In this document: one piece after another, positions 27,207-41,067 of the stretch
Numbering within the stretch: position 1 is the stretch's first letter
Layout of the letters: each line of letters begins with the position of its first letter
NCBI GenBank assembly: GCA_964016885.1
Contig: OZ024740.1
Location: 80,848,001-80,912,000 of the forward strand
Origin: Eledone cirrhosa
Taxonomy: Eukaryota
Length of the DNA: 64,000 nucleotides
Direction: 5' to 3'
The notes under the pieces: model-generated
Databases searched by the model: none
Told to the model about the DNA's origin: nothing
Seen by the model: only the letters and a program-made list of their open reading frames with translations
Position numbers and translations under genes: made by a program

Positions 27207-30109
27207 GCTCGCGCACACACACATGTGTGTGTGTGTGTATATATATATACATATATATAAAACAATGTTTACAAATTATACATACACACACATATATACA
27301 GACACACATATACATCGACATACATGACGGTCTACGAAAGTTCCCGTCATTCAAACTGCACTCACATTATATTGGTGAACTCGAGACTATACGGAAGGAC
27401 ACTGAAGATGCCTTAGAGCGTGAACATTTTGAAACATAATTTACACACCTATAAATATATACACTTATACAAACACACACACGAAGACATGTACACACAC
27501 ACAAACACACATACACACACACACACATACACTCACCTATCTATCTATCTAATACATTTGTTGGTGTGTGAGTGAATGTGCGCGATGTGTATTAAAATAA
27601 TTTTCAGTGAGTTTAGATACCATGTGTTGTCTAGATGTCTGTTATATATAATGGCATTCTAGGTTTCGTGTCCTTGCATAAATGAACTGGCGAAGCTCAA
27701 CAACTCTCCTCTTTGTCAATGCTATTATTGGGTATGTTATGGAAATTAGCTTCAGACAGGACCCGCAAATAACACGAGGATTTCTCATTTCACTTTAGTT
27801 GTCGATGTTTCCTGTTAATTACTTACATAAATATCTAGTTGATATTTAAAAGCCCAAAATTATACAAAACTTTTCCAAATGTTTTACAAATAAGTTGAAA
27901 GGAATTTCAGAGAATCTGGAAAGTTATTTAGCGACATTGCACTCTAACATACCCAATCAGGGATAAAAAATGGCCCTGACTAATGCAGGCAACCACCACC
28001 ACCATATTGATCCACATACAAGCAAGACATACAAATTCTATTACAAATCCCAGCAAAAACATTGACATACACAATGATGGCTCAGAATATATAGGTTAAC
28101 AACTCTGAAAGATATGAAGTGTAAAACAAAGAACTAAAAAGGCCAGAAATTCCAAGGTCAACTGAAATTCGTTTCATTATAATCCAGACAGACATGTTTT
28201 CATTACTCGACTGATAAAAGGTAAAGCCGCCCGCATTACTGTTTGAAAGAGTAACGTAATCCTCTTATCAATTATTTTCTGTAGTGAAGTGTAATTCACT
28301 ACAATCTTTAATGTACAGTAAGTGATTTCTGGAAATATAGGTATACCACATAATTAATCCATTATTAATTGATGTATTGATTCAAATATAACAAAAACGT
28401 TATCGAGGCTTTAATGTCTATCATAATATATGTTTAATTTCTAATTTAATTGCTTCTCTTTGTTAAATGCACATCTTCATCAAACCTAGTTTCGATCGGT
28501 TTGCATTAATCATCAATCTATTTATGCATGCTTTCCTTGCTGAATCTCTACTACTAATAGAAATTTCGAAATAGATTTTGGGAAAAATTAATTTGCACTA
28601 ACCTCATTGAACCTGCAGGCAAAATATATTTACTATACAATTTTGCAATATTCGAAGAATGAAAAAAATGTTTTCAACTGTAGAAGATTAGTATTAAGAA
28701 TAAATATTTATGTTCAATAATTCCATAATTTTTAAATTTTTATTAATATGATGATGTTTTTCATTTTCCTCGTCATTCTTAACTCCTAGACAAACACCAC
28801 TTAATTAAATTAAATATATATAGTTGGTAGGATGTGTAGCTTCCATAATATGTACAATTCCTTTTAGACTGATGAGATCAATACGGACGACGTTTAGATT
28901 GAACTTCTCTAGATCAATGCTTCCAGCAATATCTTGGAGAAGTTGGAGATAGTTGGTGAAAGATTACTCGATGTATTGCTTCTTTAGGATATAGTCAATG
29001 TATCTGCGTCTAATAGAAAAGTCCAAATTATGTGAGCAATCAAGTTTTGTAATAAATTTAACAAATGAAAATCTGAAGTACTGAAAACATGCAGATATAA
29101 AATGCCTAGCATTTCTAGTAATGTTTGAAGTTTTAACTCTTTGTTGTTTATGTGGAGGGAAGGTTTATACAATACATTGCATTTGATATACGAGGTGTAA
29201 AAGTAAGCTGCTTGCGATTTCTTGCCTAGAGTTTGAAGCCAAGTCATGTGTAGGTGTGTATATATGTGATATAAAATGTACCATATTCACATGTGCAGAT
29301 GCATTTTAGTTAGAATACACATCTACAATTGATATAATGAAGAACCGTTGCTGAACTAAATTGAAATAATAGAAGTGAGGTTGATATCACCGGTCTTGGC
29401 GTTGTGTGAGTATTACATTTCTTGGAAATTGGACAAATATTTACGATTCGATATTTTGTGAGAAAACTTTGAAATGAAAGAGTGTTTAAAGAGTTTGGAT
29501 CGATTATGATTTTAGAATGTAATGCCTTAATGTAATATAGGTACCAGTATGCGGTTTGTTTTAGGTGGCAAGTTGGAATTATAGTCGTCTTTGATGTTTA
29601 AGTCCAGAGCAAACCAGATCGAAAGCGTTATTTATTTATTCATTTATGAGCTAGTAAACCACGGCAGACTAGGTAAAGTACGTCAAGTACTTCTTACTTC
29701 TTACAGTTGAGAAACAAAAAAAAAACAAAAAAAAACAAGAAGGACAGAGATAAGTGAATATAAAAATAAAATTTTAAATTACAAATAAAATTAATTAGGG
29801 AAGGCCAATGGGAGGCAAAATGAGCATAAAAGCGATAAAGAAACATGGGAAGCAAGGGAAGCTGTAAAGCAGCTAAACGCTTCTGCTGTTGTATCATCTC
29901 GTTACCTTTATGTGCTCAACTATGTCGAAGCAATCATCACTATGTCTCTTTTCATCTGGAGTTACAGAATATAGATAATTATTCAAGTTTACTCACATCA
30001 ATCAGAACGGAAAACACAAGTAATTTAGATCTGTATTACATAATATCTACTCAGATTCTTCAGGTAATATCTTTGCAAAAAAATGTACTTCCTTGTCTGT
30101 ATATTGTTG

Positions 30110-31155
30110 TACTGGGGTGCGTCAGAAGAATGAAGAGAGGCGTAAATAGAATATTGTTAGTAAATGTGGTTGATTTGGTCGGTTGGAAGTGACTACAGCT
30201 TCATAAACTACAGCGTGTGTGTTGCATTGCTGTTGAAGGGGACAAGCTTCAGGTTTTCGGCAAGAGCACCCTGGTGGGGTGCTGCTCTTAGGGCTGTTGG
30301 TAATGTGGGCCTTCATGTTCTTAGCGCAGGAGTACCCTAGTTTTACTCTGTGTCTGTTAAAGATGGAGCGGTATTTGTGACATATGGGAAAGTGTCTATC
30401 TTAGAGGACTAAAGCCTGAAACTTGTCCCCTTCAACAGCAATGCAACACTGTAGTTTATAGAGCTGTGGTCACTTCCGACCGACCAAATCAACCACAGGA
30501 GGTCAAATACTATGTGGGTATGTGGGAGGGCCGATTTAAGGTACGCTTCCTGAACTATCAGTCGACCTTTAGGTAATCGGACAAACGATCATCCAAGAAA
30601 TTCGTGAGGTACGTATGGTCCCTCAAGGACTCAAGTATAGACTACTCCATTCAATGGAAAGCCATAACTAAGTCCAAGCCATACGCAAGGGGCAATCCGT
30701 CTTGTGGACTATGTATTGATGAACGGATTAATATTCTAAGGAAAATACGCAATAGCGATTGCCTAAATTCAAGAAATGAAATCTTCACACGTTGTCCACA
30801 TGACTGGAAACATCTCTTACATGATTACAAAGCTCCGGATTGAATAACAACAACATCCTAATTTTCTTATCAACTAGAACTACTTTTCGGACTTTCGCAG
30901 TTATCTCCCTAACACTTTTCGCCAGCAGTTTTTTTATTGCTTGGATGAAGTGACCGTTTCTGCGCATGCGCATTCCTACAGTTGTCCTTCCTATTCCGTA
31001 TAACCATGACCATTACTAACTAAGGATCGGCTAAGGTGAAACAATTATTCTCACTATGGTGAACTAACTGTTGTGTTACTACTTCTACGTAACTCGTCCC
31101 ATGGACTGAGTGCTCTACCACTACTGATATTACCTTCCAGTGTTCTAGCTCACCC
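30110..31155 (+). mobile_element. PLE GIY-YIG fragment with upstream inverted segment and pLTR
   Basis: CPLQQQC..VY..YVG..RF..YVWSLKD..CGLCIDERINIL. 30110-30400 is minus-strand PLE sequence overlapping the same region. Confidence 0.8.
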
Positions 31156-31183
31156 CCTCTCTCTCTCTCTCTCTATCTATCTA

Positions 31184-31285
<102 letters not shown>

Positions 31286-31442
31286 AGTATAAGATAATCA
31301 ACCACTTATACATTTTAACCAAAGAAAATTTACACATTCATTTTGTCTGGCACTATTCCGATGTCTCCGTTGAAGTAAAGGTAAATCTGTACATATATTC
31401 ATACCCTCAAACACAGACGCACACACATATATAAATACATAC

Positions 31443-31487
<45 letters not shown>

Positions 31488-31567
31488 CAGAGACAGAAAG
31501 GGAGAGAGAGGGGAGAGCGAGCGAGAGAGAGAGATAGAGAGCGAGAGAAAGAGAGAGAAAGAGATAT

Positions 31568-31654
<87 letters not shown>

Positions 31655-31658
<4 letters not shown>

Positions 31659-32742
31659 TTACATAACAGATAATTCATCATTTCCTAGAACAATTGTTTC
31701 ACCTTATTAGGATCATCAGCTCGGTTTAAATGAGATTGTACGTACTACTTTTAATGAGTTAGGACTTAGGATAACAGTAGCTACTAATCTTACTAGCGTA
31801 GATTACTTAAACATACACACCTCTAGTCACTTCCATAAACTAAATGAAAAACTAAATTATACACACAAGGACTCATGCCACTCAGATTCACTTTTCAGAA
31901 ACTTCGTGAAAAATATCGCCACTAGAATCTTTTTACCTCTCCTCTAATAAAACAATATTTGACAGAGGGCATCCTACTACAACGCCGTGTTAACTAACAG
32001 CAGCTTCTCCCAACAAATTGCTTACTCCCCTATTAACGCCAACTACAATAGGAAAATTTACGAAGCTGTTGTCACATCTAACCGACCAGATCAACACGAC
32101 GTCAAATCCTATGCAGGTATGGTGGAGGGGTGGTTTAAAGGACGCTTCCTGAATCATCTGTCGACTTTTAGATACACAGGCACACTATCATCCACGAAAC
32201 CCACGAACCACGTATCTTCCCTCAAGGACACAGGCGTGGATTACTCCATTCAATGGAATGTTATTACTAGGTCTAAGCCATACGGAAACGGTAATCCGAT
32301 TTGTGGGCCGTGCAATGTTGAAAGAATCAATATCCTGAGAAGTGTGCATAATAGCGCTTATCTAAATTCAAGGTATGATCTTTTTACGCGTTGTCCACAC
32401 GTCGGAAAACACCTATTACGTAATTACGAAGCTTCAGACTGACTAACATAAACAATCTATAATATGCTGGACCGAATAACATGAATAATCTATTTTTATT
32501 CTGAGTATCCACAACTGTCTCCCCCAGATCAATCCTACGTGGGTTACCTTACCTGTGGGAAGTGACTATTTCTGCTCATGCGTATTCGTACAATTGTTTT
32601 CCTTTTCAGCTGATGATCCGAATAAGTTGAAATAATTGTTTCCGTTAATGGTGAACTAACTGTTGTGGAAGTACTTCTACCAAACTCGTCCCATGGACTG
32701 AGTGCTCTACTATTACGGATCTCACCCACCAGTGTAATACTT
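31655..32742 (+). mobile_element. PLE fragment (RT C-terminus + GIY-YIG) with inverted 5' pLTR piece and 3' pLTR
   Basis: ORF 31987-32442 IYEAVV..YAGMVEGWFKGRFLNH is homologous to 30450-30843. pLTR 32560-32742 matches 30950-31145. Confidence 0.8.
31684..31724 (-). ncRNA. Minimal hammerhead, palindromic stem III
   Basis: ccgag-CTGATGA-t-cct(aata)agg-t-GAAA-caattg-TT-ctagg. Decayed plus-strand twins near 31020 and 32610. Confidence 0.75.
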
Positions 32743-32851
32743 TATATATATATATACACACACACACGCATATACACACATACAAACACACACAAACACA
32801 CACAAACACACACACACACACATACACACACACTCACACGCACACACACAT

Positions 32852-32941
<90 letters not shown>

Positions 32942-32942
<1 letters not shown>

Positions 32943-33159
32943 ACGAAGGAAATGTGGTAAGGAACCAGGTGGACCATAACGCACCAAAGTACTCAATACT
33001 TGAGGTAGTAGAGTGGGTAATAGGAACCAGTAAGACCCCGACAGCTGAGCTCAAGCCGTTTCGACGGCTAATTCTGGACAGAATTAGCCGTCCAGAATTA
33101 GCCGTCCAGAATTAGCCGTCGAAACGGCTTGAGCTCAGCTGTCGGGGTCTTACTGGTTC

Positions 33160-33160
<1 letters not shown>
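32942..33160 (-). mobile_element. Second copy of the palindromic half-hammerhead element
   Basis: Reverse complement of 15791-15981. The 14-mer cagaattagccgtc is triplicated at 33079-33120. Confidence 0.8.
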
Positions 33161-33194
<34 letters not shown>

Positions 33195-34216
33195 TATATT
33201 CTATTCGAAATCATGCCCCAGAAGTTGCCTAAGCTCTCACAGTCCACAAAATAATTCGTAACCAATGGTTTTATGTGCCCAGTCCAAGGGATTTGGTAGT
33301 AACAGCACACAGGAGGTAGCTAATTCAATCATATATTTCGCAGTGAATTACAAAGTAGAATTACACTTTAGATTCGCATTTGTACAGAAATACTATAGGA
33401 ATTAACATGCTTTGTAACGCCGTTGGTCTTTGCATTGTGGGAAATATACACAGCATTTGAGGATGATTCTAACTGGAAAAGAAACCTTAGTCAGGCTATT
33501 CATTTAAATGAATATGTAAAGAAGATATATTTACATGTAGACATACTTTTAATGAGAGTGGGTACTTTTACATTCATTGAGTTTTGATTAAATCCTGCAT
33601 TGCCTATATAAATGTTTTTCAGTTGTTTCTTTCCTTAATTGAACGTTTTAGGAGAACATATATCGTACTTGTTATTCTTGCCATTACAAATTATTCTTTG
33701 TTGTTTCACATTCATTGTAATATTGAAAAAGGTCTGCGAATTATCTACATTGTCTCGATAATATAATACGCTAAAATCTGGCAATGCAGAATTTATTAAT
33801 GGATATTTTTCATGACATATTTTCAAAATGCATTACCATTAACCATAGTTTACGAAAGTGGCAAGGAAGTCAATCGCATCAAGTTATATGCGAGAAACAT
33901 TGAAAAGCTGTAATAGAATATAACATACGTTGTTGGATCCATTATATGGAGTAAATTTTACCTCACATATCTGAGGAGTAGGGCATTTGTTAAAAGTCAA
34001 TATTACTTAAATTTTCACCAGCAGGTACCCGATGTGTATCGGAAATGTTTCATTAAGCATTATCTGTGTCGGTGTAGCATAAACGTAACTTAAAATAGAG
34101 TAAAAAACAAGGCTGACGCAATCCTCTTTAAACATGGTTGTATCTAAATGTATACTACGTGGACATCAATGAGAAAATATGTCATAAAATTAACAATAGG
34201 CGCTAAACACAGAGAT

Positions 34217-34249
<33 letters not shown>

Positions 34250-34288
34250 AGGAGAGACAATGTGAGGATGGAGGAGACAGATACATAA

Positions 34289-34341
<53 letters not shown>

Positions 34342-34344
<3 letters not shown>

Positions 34345-34572
34345 TACTCCGTGCATGCCACTCTCCCCTATCCACATCACCTATTTTGTCCAAGTGAAAT
34401 GTAAATGCTGATACGACTTGGTAACATAGACATTGCGAATCATAGTTTTCCAACGGAGTAGACTGGAGCAATGGGAAGAAAAAAGTGTCTTGCTCAAGGA
34501 CACAACTCACCGCTTGGTACTGAATAATCTCACAATCGAGAGATGCAGCTACGACCAAGTGAGTAAAAGCCG
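34342..34572 (-). mobile_element. Decayed SINE of a second family
   Basis: Minus strand gttgtgtccttgagcaagacact..tgctccagtctactc, a typical SINE central-domain start. Confidence 0.5.
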
Positions 34573-35006
34573 TCTATATAAAAAGCAATCTTTGCGGGTC
34601 TGAGAAAATAGCAAATTGATGACCGGCGCGAATAAGACAATCAAAACTGCAGTATGGACAATAACGATAAAAGCATTCATGCAGCAGTCCCTCGCGCAGA
34701 GTAACAAGGGACGAATTCATGCGGCCTGTTCAAAATATATATTGCAGTCTCCATCCAACGCTGTGAAAATCCGCGAGGGGCTAGCGACTTGTCTTGGGAA
34801 GTATAGTATAGACAATCAATGTTTGCATATCACGTGATCCCAATGGGGATTAAGAAGAGAAGGGATCAATTGTTAACTGGAACTTTATTATCCTTACAGG
34901 CAAAGCGTAGGAACAAGTGGAGGAGGGTAGATGTTACTGGCTAGATATAATCTGCGTTTCTTCAACAGACACATGTATATATAAGTATGTATGTATTTAT
35001 ATATAT

Positions 35007-35420
35007 ATGATGTCACCTGTGTGTGATAAAGGAACTTTGATAGACTATATATATATATTTATATCTATATTCTTAACCGTTGTTGAATCAATGGTAATAT
35101 TGATTGCCAGCTAAATTAACTATAGGGATATAAAATATACAGAAGCGAAAACCAATCCAAACCAAACAGTGAGTGTATTTTATTATTATTTCTGGGTGAA
35201 TTGGCAGTATCGATAGAGGGTTGAGCGCTATGCTTTCTAGCATAGTTACGTCCCTTTACAGGGTGAGTGCAAATCCCGTCAAGGTTAACTTTGCCTTTCA
35301 TCCTTACGGGGTCGATAAAATAAAGTACCAGTAATGTACTGGGTAATTGCTGGCCTTGTGCCAAAAGTAGAAACAATTATTTCTGGCAATATTATGACAA
35401 TATGACCCCCACCCAAATAT

Positions 35421-35425
<5 letters not shown>
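35007..35425 (+). mobile_element. Solo pLTR (family of 12860-13092) interrupted by a SINE at 35196-35375
   Basis: Matches 12890-13092. SINE flanked by TSD attatttctgg (35185-35195, 35376-35386). Confidence 0.8.
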
Positions 35426-35479
<54 letters not shown>

Positions 35480-35542
35480 TATATACTCTTTTACTCTTTT
35501 ACCTGTTCCAGCCATCCGGCTGAGGCCATGCTGGGGCACCGC

Positions 35543-35677
<135 letters not shown>

Positions 35678-35762
35678 GATATATATATATATGAGAGACG
35701 TAAGATAAGAAAATTATAAAATTATAAAAAGATTATAAAATTGACTTACTTACTAAAATATC

Positions 35763-35844
35763 ACTTTCAATTAATTAGTTTCTGGAATGGAGTAAATATA
35801 TTTTCCGAAGATCATACTGAAAAGCATTCCGTCGTCAGGAAAGT
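35763..35844 (-). ncRNA. Hammerhead (copy 1)
   Basis: Reverse complement of 36596-36677 with one stem III substitution. Confidence 0.8.
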
Positions 35845-36300
35845 CTCTTTTCGTGTAAGTTTCCAGGCATAGCGAGGACTCTGGAAACTTATTAAAAAAA
35901 TAATTCAGTGGATAGGAAATAGCGAAGCGTGGACTGAAATCCTAGCCATTGAGAAAATCACTGCCTCTACGTCTGTGGCAAATTCAAAAAGAATCAATCA
36001 CGTAACATCGAGGTCAATCAGTGGAAAGCGAGTTGTTAATAAGACGGCGGCCTGCTTACTACTATAGCAGCAGTCATGGCCAATATTGCTCGACAAATGA
36101 ATTGGAGATAATTATAAAGAATTTATATCTAGTAACATTTATATACATACAGATGCATATCAATGCTAGCAAATATATAGGTTTTGACTTAGTAACGTTG
36201 TGGTTCAATGCATGGGGCTGCAGAACAATAATATGAGAGACGTAAGATAAGAAAATTATAAAATTATAAAAAGATTATAAAATTGACTTATTAAAATATC

Positions 36301-36382
36301 ACTTTCAACTAATTAGTTTCTGGAATGGAGTAAATATATTTTCCGAAGATCATATAAAAAAGCATTCCGTCGTCAGGAAAGT
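36301..36382 (-). ncRNA. Hammerhead (copy 2)
   Basis: Reverse complement of 36596-36677, core intact. Confidence 0.85.
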
Positions 36383-36595
36383 CTCTTTTCGTGTAACTTT
36401 CCAGGCATAGCGAGGACTCTGGAAACTTATTAAAAAAATAATTCAGTGGATAGGAAATTTGCCACAGACATAGAGGCAGTGATTTTCTCAATGGCTGGGA
36501 TTTCAGTCCACGCTTCGCTATTTCCTATCCACTGAATTATTTTTTTAATAAGTTTCCAGAGTCCTCGCTATGCCTGGAAACTTACACGAAAAGAG

Positions 36596-36677
36596 ACTTT
36601 CCTGACGACGGAATGCTTTTCAGTATGATCTTCGGAAAATATATTTACTCCATTCCAGAAACTAATTAGTTGAAAGT
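36596..36677 (+). ncRNA. Hammerhead (copy 3)
   Basis: actttc-CTGACGA-c-ggaat..attcc-a-GAAA-ctaattag-TT-gaaagt. Confidence 0.87.
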
Positions 36678-36779
36678 GATATTTTAGTAAGTAAGTCAAT
36701 TTTATAATCTTTTTATAATTTTATAATTTTAGTAAGTATTTCTGGCAATATTATAATGCATCTGTATGTATATAAATGT

Positions 36780-36848
<69 letters not shown>

Positions 36849-36973
36849 GATATTAATAAATGGAAACTATACAAATACTTGTCGAGTACTTTATATCCAT
36901 TATAAAAGTATTTACTTGTTGTATCCCAACAATTTTAAATAGAACTTTTGCATATATATATTTATATATATAC

Positions 36974-37004
<31 letters not shown>

Positions 37005-38471
37005 CGTAAATATATATATATATAAATATATATATATGTATATATATATATGTATATATATATATATAAAATTTCAGGTTATCAATAATGTAGTGATAAT
37101 ATATCGTCACGTTAGAGATGAACAGCGTACGTGTAGGTTTGCTCAACGAGTATAAATTATATTCCGGAGAAAATGTAGAAAACATGAATATAAAATGAAA
37201 GTGCTTTTTTTTAAAAAGGAATTTATTAGGTATTGACATATGTTTCTATAACAGACGGAATACCTATGTATCGCTGCTTGCGTAATCATATAATGTTAGC
37301 CAGTATTCGATAGCAAATGTATAATCAGTTGTCACTTCTTCAGAGATATTGGATAAATGTAGATATTGGAAAATGTAGATTTTAAGCGATGGTTACAGTA
37401 TAACGATCGCTCTATTCTGTTATTTAATAAAATATTTTTGGATTTCATAATACAAAATAATTCCATATTACACAATTTATAAACTTCTTGTCCGTGTGAT
37501 ATGGAGGGGCATGTTATTATATACCATTTTAGGTTAAATTACATTTTCATATTACAAACACTACCAGGATTGAACGCCTGTCTCCATCTCCGTTTGATTG
37601 TCAAAATACATATTAACATTCTCTATTAGTCTTAATTCTATCAACTCTTCTATTCTTTACCATTTAATATAAACTGCTATAGATAAAATGAGATTTCTTA
37701 ATTTAATTCCCTAATGCATATACCAGCAGGCTACCAGCATTGTTGTTATTCAGTAGCAGTGAAGATCTCCCTCTTCCTTAATTGACATTTATAATTAATA
37801 CTACTACACCAAACGACCAGCCCTGTCCATTGTTCAATTGGTCAAGTATAGATTAACATAGGCACTCCCAAAAATTCTTATTTAGATAAAATAAACCATA
37901 TACTCATTGTAATCTCATTAGAAACCCTTTATATACTTGTTTACCAGTAAATTGAATTGCCATCTGTCATATACTATCCCCTCTCTTCTTCCTTTATTAC
38001 AACTAACATAAATACTTCAATTTTTCTGATTTTTTCCAATTTATCCAATATCTCTGAAGAAGTTTCAACTGATTATACATTTGCTATCGAATACTTGCTA
38101 ACATTATATCACCAGGCCTCAAACGATCACTCAGTTACATACAAAAATTCTGCCTAAGAAAACTCATACAACACCTACACCGCACGCTACAACATCACAT
38201 ACAGACTATTTCCAGCCTTGTACCACAACTCGCTGAAACCCCAGAACCTCTGTCCAGGGTCATCTCCGCCATTATAGACAGGTCATACCACCACCGCCGA
38301 GACTACGAGAAAATACGTCTAACGCAAACATTTCTCAAACTCAGGACGGCCAACTGTCTTAACAACATCCCAACGCTAAACACCAACAGAGGCGAACAAT
38401 ACGTTACCAACACCGAACCTAGCGGCACCCCGACCAACAACACACCAGACGCAAAACACCTCGTCACAGAC

Positions 38472-40495
38472 TTGACAGGATCCCTCTCCCGAGAGGTATT
38501 AGACCTCCTCAGCCTGGGTCCCAAGTTCATATTGAAACAGAGATCGGACGACAGACTATGGCTCGACATAGAAACGAATTTCTGTCGGGCTGCCTACCAA
38601 CTGAAATGGATATCGACTCTCGACAACAACACCACGGAATCCACCACACCCAGATTCCCGATATACCAACTAGATCGGCCACTCTATCCACCGCCCGCCA
38701 ACCGCGAGCTGGAAGAAAAACTCTCGAGACTAAAACATTCCGTATTTAACATCTTACGGAAAGAGAAGAAGATGGCCCCAAACCTCTCCAGGACACAACA
38801 ACTCGCCCTGAAGAGCCTACGGAATAAGGAACTTATTTACTTACCATCCGACAAAGGTAAAGAGTTCTGCGTCATCTCTCAAGCCACATGCAATAACCTA
38901 GCCTTCGAACACCTAAGCGACAGTGAATTATACACAGTGATCCCGGACATGACTGCAGCCCAAATCGAAAAACAGACCAACTCCATTTGGTTCGATATCT
39001 GTAGGAGAAGACAACTCCCGAATAAAGTTAAGCTCAACTACACCACTAGAAATAGCAGACTTCCCACTTTCTACCACCTCATCAAGACCCGCAAGAATAG
39101 CACTAAGACGCAAATAAGACCCATCGTCTCTAGCATAGAAGGACCCCTATACAAAATTTCCTGGCTTCTCTCCCAGGTCCTCAAGCCTCTACTCTCCACC
39201 TTTCCCGGGCATGTCTGTAGATCCGACGAAGTTATACGTAGACTACACCAACTCCAGCCAGAACAACTTAAACTAAATAAATACGCTTTTAGCCTCGACG
39301 TTGTCTCCCTCTACACTACAGTCCCCGCTCACCCAGCTGTCGATTTATTGACAGGCTGCGTGGTCGCAGAGAACATCCACTGCTACGGCCTCCACCCGAC
39401 GGACATACACCAGCTTTTGTCCTTCACAGTAGACAACACGTACTTCACCTTCCAACACCACACATACAGACAGACAACAGATTACCCATGGGATCCAGCC
39501 TTTCGGGCCTGCTGGCCATCACCTACATGAACCAGCTAGAATGCCGAGCCCTCAACACCTGCCATTCCCATGCCTTCTTCACCCGATATGTAGATGACAT
39601 ACTCATCCTTACATCATCCCGTGAGGAGGCAGAGAAAATTTACACAACATTCTCCAGCATGGACGCCAGTATAAAGTTCAGCATGGAACACCCCGATGAC
39701 CGCGGATCCCTATCCCTACTGGACTTCCAACTCAGGGTAACAGAGGAAGGCAACATCCACACCTGCTTCTATAAAAAATCCGCCAGCAGGGACCTGTTCG
39801 TACATTTCAGATCGGCCCTCCCACTCGGTGCCAAGTTCGGATACATAAAGAACGAACTGGCACGTATCAAGAACAAATGCACCGACGCCAGAGACCGAGA
39901 CACACACACCACACATTTCCTGGAAGTACTCAAACTGAATGGATACACGACATCCACCACAAACCGTGCCAGAAAGAACAGAGGACACCACACCCGAGGC
40001 ACTAACACTTGCTTCCTGAAGTTCCCACACTTCAGTGAAGAAACAATAACAGCCATCGGCAGAGCCATCAGACGAGAGGGACTGGATATCCAACTGGCCC
40101 ACTCGGATCCTTCTCTGCGCGGACGGCTGGCAAAGAGACACTCCACCAGACATGACAACTGCTGCAGACTAGCCAACTGCCCCATCAACGACACAGACCT
40201 ATGCCACCAGGCTTACGTAGTATACAGACTAGAGTGTGACAAATGCAACAACTTCTACGTAGGTAGCACCACCAGACCACTCCACATAAGAATAAAAGAA
40301 CACCTCAATACTAACGCTTCCTCATTTAAGAAACACCTAGTTAAATGCAAAAACACCGATAAAAACATAACAGTTAGGATAGAAACTAAGGAAAGAAACC
40401 TCGGCAATCTTAGAATTAAGGAAGCACTTATTATAGATAAAACACATCCTCCAATCAATAATAGACTAGAGCTCAACACCCAATTTATAACCTGA
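38472..40495 (+). pseudogene. PLE reverse transcriptase + GIY-YIG endonuclease, one frameshift near 39480
   Basis: LSLGPKF, PSDKG, RPIVS, SLDVVSLYT, MGSSLS, RYVDD, VVYRLEC..FYVGSTTRPLHIRIKEH, KEALII..PPIN. Confidence 0.92.
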
Positions 40496-40872
40496 TAGGG
40501 CCTCTAGCCCCATATTTACACACCCCACACACACGCTTACACCTCCACTTATTCTCTCTCACACATACACACACAAAACCAGTTCTAACACCAGATAATA
40601 CATAGCCCCCACTATAACGATTAGACCTTTCTTCCCACACTCACACACACACATACCTACACCTTCATACATTCTCCCACACACATATACGTATATAAAA
40701 TAAAAATAAAAAAATAAAAAAAAACCTAAACAAACCCCTCTTAAAGGGAGACTACTCTTTATCCACCTAATTTTAATTCTTTGATATTAGAGTTAGAACA
40801 GATACTCTATACTATTTCCGGTCAGCATGGCTTGGCTAGAGATTTAAGACGCTGGTTTGAGACCTTTACTTC

Positions 40873-40907
40873 CCTCCGAAGAAGAGATATTATCTCGAAA
40901 ATTAAGG
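40873..40907 (+). ncRNA. Minimal hammerhead variant (CCGAAGA core)
   Basis: cct-CCGAAGA-a-gagat(att)atctc-GAAA-at-TA-agg, in the 3' repeat of the PLE. Confidence 0.6.
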
Positions 40908-41021
40908 ACATTTAAATAAATTCAAGGTGAAAGACAAATTCTCAACAATATCTTTTACTATTGCATTCTTTTTTCTATGTCCATACCTGCATTGTTTTGG
41001 CCTTATTACACATATTCAAAC

Positions 41022-41067
<46 letters not shown>

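Larger units (their letters stand above)
35692..36784. mobile_element. Non-coding pLTR array: two direct minus-strand copies plus one inverted copy, each with a hammerhead
   Basis: 35692-35920 is repeated at 36234-36458 and inverted at 36455-36730. (TA)n on both sides. Confidence 0.85.
38140..41025 (+). mobile_element. Near-intact Penelope-like element
   Basis: RT and C-terminal GIY-YIG ORFs, followed by a pLTR with a hammerhead, ending at (TA)n. The 5' boundary is approximate. Confidence 0.9.

Noticed and set aside
28865-28912. CTGATGA-gatc..gatt-GAAC motif
   Set aside because: It lacks GAAA and lies in what looks like heavily decayed minus-strand PLE RT sequence (about 28400-29650). Likely chance.
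33079-33120. Short direct repeats resembling a CRISPR-like array
   Set aside because: There are no spacers. It is a slippage triplication in a eukaryotic repeat.
37229-37350. Minus-strand CTGAAGA..GAAA-catatg-TC hammerhead candidate, with a half copy at 38050
   Set aside because: The stem I strands do not pair and stem II is unclear. It is probably a decayed pLTR, so it was not called as a ribozyme.
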